Origin: Candidatus Caenarcanales bacterium | GTDB lineage: Bacteria > Cyanobacteriota > Vampirovibrionia > LMEP-6097 | Assembly: GCA_013216135.1 (NCBI GenBank) | Contig: JABSOS010000004.1 | Coordinates: 79,939-143,938 of the forward strand | Reading direction: 5' to 3' | DNA: 64,000 nucleotides | In this document: positions 57,488 through 64,000 of the stretch, in pieces | How positions within the stretch are numbered: the first letter of the stretch is position 1 | How the letters are laid out: the number at the start of each line of letters is the position of its first letter | Notes under the pieces: generated by a model | What the model saw: only the letters and a program-made list of their open reading frames with translations | Databases searched by the model: none | Told to the model about the DNA's origin: nothing | Position numbers and translations under genes: made by a program

Positions 57488-58864
57488 ATGAATTTTAAAC
57501 TCCTAAATTTAAGAATCTTCCAAGTCGTTTTGATTTTATGCTTTTTTACTGTAAATTCAGCTATAGCTAGTGAATTTGATATGGCTAATGCTGATAAAGA
57601 GGTAATAGGCTTAACTTATATTCTTGAAAGGTCTATAGAAAGAAACCTTGAGTTAATAATTAAAGATTTAGATACAGATACTGCTAAATGGGACTTTATT
57701 GAAGAGTTTTCAAATGCTTTACCCGATATTAAATTAACTGCCACTAAGCAAGATTTAGATGGAACCTTTTTCTTGAATCCTCAGTTTCAGGGTAATATCG
57801 ATACCACTCAAGCAAATTTTACTTTAGGTATAAGTTATAGAGCTTTTAATGGTGGACAGACCACTTTTGCGATTATGGCTGATAATTATTTCCGTAAAGC
57901 TGCTAAAGAAGATTACCGCAGGCAATATAACCAAGTAGTCTTTGATTCGATTAAACTTTTTAATAACTTAATTCAAAACCAATCAGCTTTAATTAGTAAA
58001 AGTAAAACTGTAGATGAAGCTACTTTGAATTTGAAATTAGCAGAAGATAAATTAGAAGTAGGTGAAGGTACTCTATATGAGGTTTTACTTGCTAAGTCTA
58101 GACTTGCTATAACTAAGCAAGATTTGATGGATCAAAAAGCGAGGCTAAGAGTGGTGCAGATTGACCTTGCAAGACATTTAAACCTACCTTTAGACTCTCC
58201 ATTATTTGCAGATAAAGACCGCTTGAATAACTTTCATATAATTAATGACGATCTCAGCCCTGAAAACCTTATAGAAATTAGTTATGAAAATAACCCAGAG
58301 ATTAAAATGGCACTGGATCAAAAGAAAGCTATTCTTAGACAAGAGCTTGCTAGCTATGGACGTTTCTTACCAGCATTAGACTTATATGCAAACATTGCGG
58401 CTAATGGAACGGAATTTGATGATTTGAATCAATTAAATACTATCGGTTTCCAGCTATCCTATGAATTTGGGGAGAACTCAGGTTTAAGCTCTGTTTCTTC
58501 CATTAGGAAAGCAAAGATAGAAACTAAAAAAGCAAAAATTAGATTAGAAGATACGACTAAAGAAATAGAAGCTAGGTTGAGAAGGTCATATGTAGAGTAT
58601 AAGAGAACTGAAGCTAATATTGATACTGCTAAAGCTAGTTTAGATGCTGCAAATGAAGCTCTGAAGCTTTCTAAGTTACGCTATGAAAATGGTAGAGAGA
58701 TCTTAAAAGATCTTATCGATAATGAATCGAAGCAAAGTATTGCTGAAATTAGCCTGATTGATAGTATAGCTTTGCATAATATCGCTCAGGCTAATTTAGC
58801 ATTTGATTTAGGTAACTTTTCTGTTGAGAATATTGTTGGGACTAACTTTAAAGAAAGTCATTAA
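57488..58864 (+). CDS. Outer membrane efflux protein (TolC-like OMF)
   Basis: Signal peptide MNFKLLNLRIFQVVLILCFFTVNSAIA and two OEP repeats. Start set at 57488; the track ORF start at 57365 would overlap the adaptor gene. Confidence 0.7.
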   Translation: MNFKLLNLRIFQVVLILCFFTVNSAIASEFDMANADKEVIGLTYILERSIERNLELIIKDLDTDTAKWDFIEEFSNALPDIKLTATKQDLDGTFFLNPQFQGNIDTTQANFTLGISYRAFNGGQTTFAIMADNYFRKAAKEDYRRQYNQVVFDSIKLFNNLIQNQSALISKSKTVDEATLNLKLAEDKLEVGEGTLYEVLLAKSRLAITKQDLMDQKARLRVVQIDLARHLNLPLDSPLFADKDRLNNFHIINDDLSPENLIEISYENNPEIKMALDQKKAILRQELASYGRFLPALDLYANIAANGTEFDDLNQLNTIGFQLSYEFGENSGLSSVSSIRKAKIETKKAKIRLEDTTKEIEARLRRSYVEYKRTEANIDTAKASLDAANEALKLSKLRYENGREILKDLIDNESKQSIAEISLIDSIALHNIAQANLAFDLGNFSVENIVGTNFKESH

Positions 58865-60237
58865 TGTTTAAAAGCCTTATCCATAAAACGTGAAAGTGTT
58901 CTAAATAAAAGGCTTGATTCATTACTAAGGGTTTCCATTCTGTGTTCTGAGCTATAGTCTTGATTAAGTTTTTCTTTGATATTTTCAAAAATCTTACCAG
59001 AACAAAATGAAGCTTCAGGATCATATATATCCTTTTCTCTATGGTAAATATGACCTAATTTTTTATCATTAATTATATTTAAACCTGTGCAGTTAACTAG
59101 TTTTAAGTTATCAGGGTTCGCTGCTGGGATTGAGCAGCTAGGGACTAGGCTGCCATGTTCAGTGCACATCCCTTTTAAAGCTACTTGTCCTAAGCTTGGC
59201 TTTGCATTTTTGATTCTTATTACCGAGGAAGCCATGATCAGTAATTCATGAGGTTTCGATTTTAATAGTGTTAGTAGAGGAAGAAGTAAATCAATGAATT
59301 TTGATTTTTGACAATGCTTATTTCCTTTTAGAAAGTGACTAAAGACTTTTGCGTTGTCTTTAATATTTAAGCCAAGCTTCATATACTCACCTGCTGAATC
59401 AAAGAATCTCTGGATTAAATCTTTTTCATCATCATTTGTAAATTCATACTCTTTTCCTATTAAGGACATAGTGAGTGCAATGTCATTGAGTGCAAAATAT
59501 AAGTAGAAATTTTTAGCTAAGCCAGCTAAGCTATAGCCAGGCTTTCCCTTCTCTAGCTCATCGTAATCTAGTTCTGGAGCTACTAAAAATATATTGTCAA
59601 AGACTTGAGGTGGATTTTCTTCTTTCGAGAAATTTTTTAATACATTGTACATAGAGTATGTAAGCATCCTGCATCCTGCTGAATGAGCAAGTATGCTGAT
59701 GTTTTTTGATAATTTGAATTCTTCAGAATCAGGATTTTGCTCTTTTTTCCAGTGAACAAAGTCACTAATAAATTTTGTGAATGGTTGGTAACTAATTTCT
59801 GCTTTTTCTCTATCTGACTGATAAATCTTTTGAAAGCGCATAACTTTGTGAGAGATTATTTGTTCTATTGGTAGATCTTTAATCTCATTCTCTGAGTGAC
59901 TGGACTTTGCAGATGGCCAGACTATAGGAACTAATTGATAGTTGATATCATCAAGAAAATTTTGTAGTTTCTTTGCATCTTCTAAGGTTCTTTCAGGAAG
60001 CGTGTTAAAGCCATGTATGTAAAATAATATATTTTTGCAAGGATCTTGTTTTAAGCTATTGAAGAAATCTTCAGGGCTAACTTCAAGCTTAGAGCCATCT
60101 TCTTGAATTTTTACACAATAAAATATTTCACTAGAAGCTGGATTCTCAACTCCACATTGGAAGTGGAACTTAAATTCCTTTCCTGGTTCGCGATCATTAA
60201 CACCAGATTCTTTTAGGAAATTGGTTAGAAAGTACAT
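58861..60237 (-). CDS. Alpha/beta-hydrolase-fold protein (DUF900/lipase-like)
   Basis: ILFYIHGFNT and ILAHSAGCRM (GxSxG nucleophile elbow). 458 aa. Confidence 0.45.
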   Translation of the reverse strand: MYFLTNFLKESGVNDREPGKEFKFHFQCGVENPASSEIFYCVKIQEDGSKLEVSPEDFFNSLKQDPCKNILFYIHGFNTLPERTLEDAKKLQNFLDDINYQLVPIVWPSAKSSHSENEIKDLPIEQIISHKVMRFQKIYQSDREKAEISYQPFTKFISDFVHWKKEQNPDSEEFKLSKNISILAHSAGCRMLTYSMYNVLKNFSKEENPPQVFDNIFLVAPELDYDELEKGKPGYSLAGLAKNFYLYFALNDIALTMSLIGKEYEFTNDDEKDLIQRFFDSAGEYMKLGLNIKDNAKVFSHFLKGNKHCQKSKFIDLLLPLLTLLKSKPHELLIMASSVIRIKNAKPSLGQVALKGMCTEHGSLVPSCSIPAANPDNLKLVNCTGLNIINDKKLGHIYHREKDIYDPEASFCSGKIFENIKEKLNQDYSSEHRMETLSNESSLLFRTLSRFMDKAFKH

Positions 60238-60269
60238 ATCTTCAATGATAAATGATATTAATAAATAAC

Positions 60270-61109
60270 TTAGACTCTTGTTGAAGTTTTCATGTGAAGT
60301 GCTTCTTGAATATTTGTTCTCATTTTAGGTCTTAAAACATTGAAAAATTGGTCATCTTTAAAGTCACTAGGGAATTTGATATCAAACTCTTGATTTGGTC
60401 TTCTTACTAATATGGCGACTTTTTTAGCAAGATCTTTTTTCAGCTCTGGTTGATTAAAATGTTCTACCCATTCTGGTTCTCGAATATTTATGAATTTAAC
60501 ATCAGCTAAGTTACTGCCATTTTCCATAATCGTACTTTGAGCTATGTCTAAAGCTAATTTATCCATCCACTCATGCATTTGCAATTTGGCATTAGGATCT
60601 CCTTCTAAAGCTTTTTTTGCTGTTTCTTCAAGGTTTTCGACTGGGCATTCTTGATTAGCTTTTTCATTAAGCTGCTCTTGACTCGCTCTTACATAGTTAG
60701 CTTTTTGAAGCTCAGCTGATAATTTTTTAGTATTTTTTTTAATTGAATCAATTATTTGATTTTCAATATCGCTTCTTTTAGTAAGTGGATCTTTTTTTGA
60801 TCTATTTGGTTTAAAGGATTTTAGTTCTGTTAGATCATCTGGGCATCCCATTACTACAGGTAGTCTATAATTAATGTGATTTTTTTTATTTTCTTTCTCT
60901 TGAAGTTTTGCGACTTCTCCTATTATTGAAACTAGTTTCTTTACCGCTTGTTTGATAGGTTGCTTTGCTGATACTGTTGAGCTAAGCTTATTATCTTTGG
61001 TAACTTCTTCACTTGAACCTTTTTGTTTACCCACCGTGATACTTAAGCCATGATCTCCAAAAGATGCTGCAACACCATAAAAGTTTGGATTAGAATTATT
61101 GATAACCAT
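60270..61109 (-). CDS. Hypothetical protein
   Basis: 279-aa ORF. Confidence 0.4.
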   Translation of the reverse strand: MVINNSNPNFYGVAASFGDHGLSITVGKQKGSSEEVTKDNKLSSTVSAKQPIKQAVKKLVSIIGEVAKLQEKENKKNHINYRLPVVMGCPDDLTELKSFKPNRSKKDPLTKRSDIENQIIDSIKKNTKKLSAELQKANYVRASQEQLNEKANQECPVENLEETAKKALEGDPNAKLQMHEWMDKLALDIAQSTIMENGSNLADVKFINIREPEWVEHFNQPELKKDLAKKVAILVRRPNQEFDIKFPSDFKDDQFFNVLRPKMRTNIQEALHMKTSTRV

Positions 61110-61214
61110 GAAATATATTGTATTAATGTAATCGCAACGCGAGGGTTATCTTAAGCAATGTTTAATTTTTGTCAAAATAATAGGTTAAGGTTCGTTTAAT
61201 TATATACAGCGAGT

Positions 61215-63815
61215 ATGAAAATAGGTGATGAGTTAAAATTCATAAAATCATTAATTAAATCTTCCAGAAAAAAAGAGAACAAGCAAAATAATGGAGTTGC
61301 TAATAGTGGTGTTAAAAAAAATAGTCCGAGTTTAAGTTATAGAATTACACGATATCTTGGTATGACTGTAGCGATGCCATCACTGATCTTAGCGAATTTC
61401 CCACCTGAGCTTTTTGGTTATGGGCAAAATACAGGCTTAGATTATGGTGAACCTCAAATTAGCTCCAGGAAAGCTCTAAAACCAGAATGTCCTGATTTTC
61501 TTCACTTAAGTATTGATAACTATATTACTGATGATTTAAGAAATATCAGAGATAATTATTTTTATAAAGCGGATATTCCAGCTCATATGGAATACCAAGA
61601 TGTTTTAAATACTTATAATGAATCTCAGCTTAAAGAACTAAGGGGGAAATCTTCAGACCGAGAACTGAATTTTGTTTATAGCTTAATGCATTTTTTCTCT
61701 GAATCATATACTAGTGGTGTTAAGCATATAGGTTCACAAAAAAAGACTATTTTTATACCTAAAGATATAGAGCCACTTTTAAAGATCAAAGAATCATTAA
61801 TTAAAAACAGTTCTAAGAAGATAGACTCTCCTATTATCGACCCTATATGGATTGTTATGAACAAAGACAGGCTTCTTCATGACTCTGAAGATAGTGAGAT
61901 GAAGTTTTGTGATTTGATGAGAAAAGCGTACCCTGAAATAGATTTAAAGGAATTTCGGGATGAATATTTTATTAAAGCTTCTAATATCCTTGAATTAGAG
62001 CCTCTAGATATTTTAAGAATAAATCCAAGTTTAAAGGCAGAGCTTGATGAATTAAATTTAAAAATTGATAGTAAAGAAGTTCGTCAGATTATTATGCTTA
62101 TGGAGCTGTTTTCACAAAGCTATCTCGATGAGAGTACGAACCTTGATGAAAAAGAAGCTAAGGTACTTTTTGTGCCTAAAAATTTAAAAGATTTATTAAA
62201 CGCTACAGATGAATTAAGTAAGTTCCCTCAGGCAATTAACAGTCCTAAAGGACTTAAGACTCCTTTAGCTGATGTTTATTGGCTTGCGAAAAATAGGGAC
62301 GATGTTTTTAATGGTTTAGATGAACTTGAAATGAAAAAAGCAATAGAAATTTTCTTCGAGATTAATAGTCCAAATATTAACTATGCTCCGATGTTTCAAC
62401 CGAGCTTTAACTCTCGAGAGAATAATGCTGAAGCTGCAAAGCTTCTTGTGAAAAAGTATCCAGGTTTAAGTTCTAAAGAAATATCAAGTAAGTTTGAACT
62501 AAAAGAAATCTTTAATGAAGATATTGTCCTGCATATAAATGCACCTGAAATTATTTATGGAGACGGAGTGATCTTTTCAACTAGACCTGGTCTTAGCTTA
62601 AATTTTTACAATAAGGGAGATTTGAAGAGTCCATCATTTTATTGGACGCCTGAAAATAATTACCCGATGCCTCCCCTTCTTTTCCAAAATCAGACTCTAC
62701 AGTTAACTGGGCATCATATTCTTGATAATTTCAGTGATGATGTGGATCGATATGTTATTTATGTCGTGCACAACGATAGTGATGAAGATGCCACTGTGAA
62801 GATAATAAAAAGAGCTGATCAAGGTGGTGAGGAAACTTCTTTTCAAGATCTTGAAGGACCAGATGTGAGAGATACTATTAATGAATCATTTAATTCTGGT
62901 CCTGGAAGTGCTGTCTCAGAAGAGTTTTTAGATCCATCTTATGCTGAGGAAAATAATTGGGGTGAAGAGATTTCTGTTCCAGCAAATTCCAGTCAGATAG
63001 TATACCTAAGGCAGCGTAAATTAAATGGAAGTGTCTTAAGTACAAATATGTCTCTTGAGGTTACTGGAGGTCCAGTCAGCTTTTCTATGGGAGTTGTGAC
63101 TAATCCTGTAGATGAGCCTGCTGATAATAAGGTTTTACTTAATTCATTTCTTAATTTAATAGAAGCTAAGAAAGGGGTTGATAGATTTGAATTTACTGGA
63201 CCCATGACGAGTGGACGCGCTACTGGTGCTTACTATACTACTGAAGTTAATAAAAGTGAAACTCTTTTTCTGACTGATATTGATGCTGAACTAAGTACTA
63301 CTATTATTGCTGCAACTGGAGCATATGGTATTGAAGATCCTAAAAATATTAAGCCTGGTGAGTATCGTAATCGAGATCAAAGTGGAGATGTTGTAAGAAC
63401 TAAAGCAGGAAATAATGCTGACTTGGGCATTTATTCAGCAGGTGGAGGAGTTAATCCTAGAAATTTAGGTAATTTTAATACACCTAATAGTGTTACTTAT
63501 AATTTTGAAAATTTATCTCCTGATAATTCAAAGTATCTAGAATTTAGTTTTGCGAGTATAGCTGTTGGGGATCACTTATCAAAATCTTTTCGAGGTAATT
63601 TACATTTTGAATTTATCGATTCGAAGGGGAACCTTGTTCCTGACCTGTATAAGAAAGTATATGTTGGGATTTCACCGCAAGAGTCTGTTCCAATTCTTCA
63701 AATAGATAAACAGCTTTTGATTGAAAATGATATCAAAGAATTTAGAGTTTTATTGTCTAATACTGGTGACTCGACTCCACCTTTTGCTTTGAGAGTATCC
63801 CAAAAGAGTAAGTAG
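61215..63815 (+). CDS. Large hypothetical protein (866 aa)
   Basis: Long ORF. No family recognised. Confidence 0.5.
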   Translation: MKIGDELKFIKSLIKSSRKKENKQNNGVANSGVKKNSPSLSYRITRYLGMTVAMPSLILANFPPELFGYGQNTGLDYGEPQISSRKALKPECPDFLHLSIDNYITDDLRNIRDNYFYKADIPAHMEYQDVLNTYNESQLKELRGKSSDRELNFVYSLMHFFSESYTSGVKHIGSQKKTIFIPKDIEPLLKIKESLIKNSSKKIDSPIIDPIWIVMNKDRLLHDSEDSEMKFCDLMRKAYPEIDLKEFRDEYFIKASNILELEPLDILRINPSLKAELDELNLKIDSKEVRQIIMLMELFSQSYLDESTNLDEKEAKVLFVPKNLKDLLNATDELSKFPQAINSPKGLKTPLADVYWLAKNRDDVFNGLDELEMKKAIEIFFEINSPNINYAPMFQPSFNSRENNAEAAKLLVKKYPGLSSKEISSKFELKEIFNEDIVLHINAPEIIYGDGVIFSTRPGLSLNFYNKGDLKSPSFYWTPENNYPMPPLLFQNQTLQLTGHHILDNFSDDVDRYVIYVVHNDSDEDATVKIIKRADQGGEETSFQDLEGPDVRDTINESFNSGPGSAVSEEFLDPSYAEENNWGEEISVPANSSQIVYLRQRKLNGSVLSTNMSLEVTGGPVSFSMGVVTNPVDEPADNKVLLNSFLNLIEAKKGVDRFEFTGPMTSGRATGAYYTTEVNKSETLFLTDIDAELSTTIIAATGAYGIEDPKNIKPGEYRNRDQSGDVVRTKAGNNADLGIYSAGGGVNPRNLGNFNTPNSVTYNFENLSPDNSKYLEFSFASIAVGDHLSKSFRGNLHFEFIDSKGNLVPDLYKKVYVGISPQESVPILQIDKQLLIENDIKEFRVLLSNTGDSTPPFALRVSQKSK

Positions 63816-63850
63816 TAACTATATATTTAATTAGCTTGTAAAATATCAAT

Positions 63851-64000
63851 ATGCTGACTTTACGTGTGAAACTCCCTTTGACCATAATAGCTTTGTTAGT
63901 AGGTCTCTTTAGTGTTGATAGTGTTTCAGCAGAAGATCACAGCAAGGAAACAGTTAATTATGTTCACATGGTTCAGAATATTATTAAAGCCCATTGGTCT
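63851..64000 (+). CDS. Secreted protein, 5' partial (runs off window end)
   Basis: ATG at 63851; signal-like MLTLRVKLPLTIIALLVGLFSVDSVSA; open to 64000. Confidence 0.3.
   Translation, partial: MLTLRVKLPLTIIALLVGLFSVDSVSAEDHSKETVNYVHMVQNIIKAHWS

Overview
AT-rich bacterial window. Left end (0-3.6 kb) is a heat-shock/stress cluster: MerR-like regulator fragment, two Hsp20, an HtrA/DegP protease, and a VbhA-like antitoxin/Fic toxin pair. About 3.6-25.8 kb looks like an integrated accessory (defense) island. It is bounded by two 3'-half copies of tRNA-Asn(GTT), running from the anticodon loop to CCA, at 3598-3642 and 25703-25752. A tyrosine integrase abuts the right copy. The downstream flank is copied a third time at 29.5 kb, after metE/metR. 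Inside the island, seven copies of a 26-bp perfect-palindrome family (consensus aattattatccNNNNggataataatt, plus ttctatccc/gggatagaa variants and hybrid-arm copies) sit in intergenic gaps and split the island into gene cassettes. The cassettes are: (i) HEPN-like protein + reverse transcriptase (YVDD) + inverted-repeat-flanked spacer + TM protein; (ii) a class-III-cyclase-like protein + a 1272-aa protein with an N-terminal Mrr-like GDGGxDG motif and long helical repeats, with no P-loop; (iii) a secreted SNase-family nuclease; (iv) a membrane protein preceded by a highly structured 270-bp leader; (v) a second tyrosine recombinase + Rossmann-like 337-aa protein + a second reverse transcriptase (YSDD) + unknown 219-aa protein; (vi) DUF3800-like and unknown proteins next to the integrase. 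Right of the island: metE and a divergent metR-like LysR gene, secreted proteins, an orphan VbhA-like antitoxin beside a decayed Fic pseudogene, MscS, a YfcH-type epimerase, an LRR protein operon, a DTK-motif proteorhodopsin next to blh, cytochrome bd (cydAB), Tag glycosylase, and a TetR-regulated RND efflux operon with adaptor and a divergent TolC-like OMF. No rRNA or CRISPR was found. All calls are from reading the sequence and ORF translations; no database searches were run.
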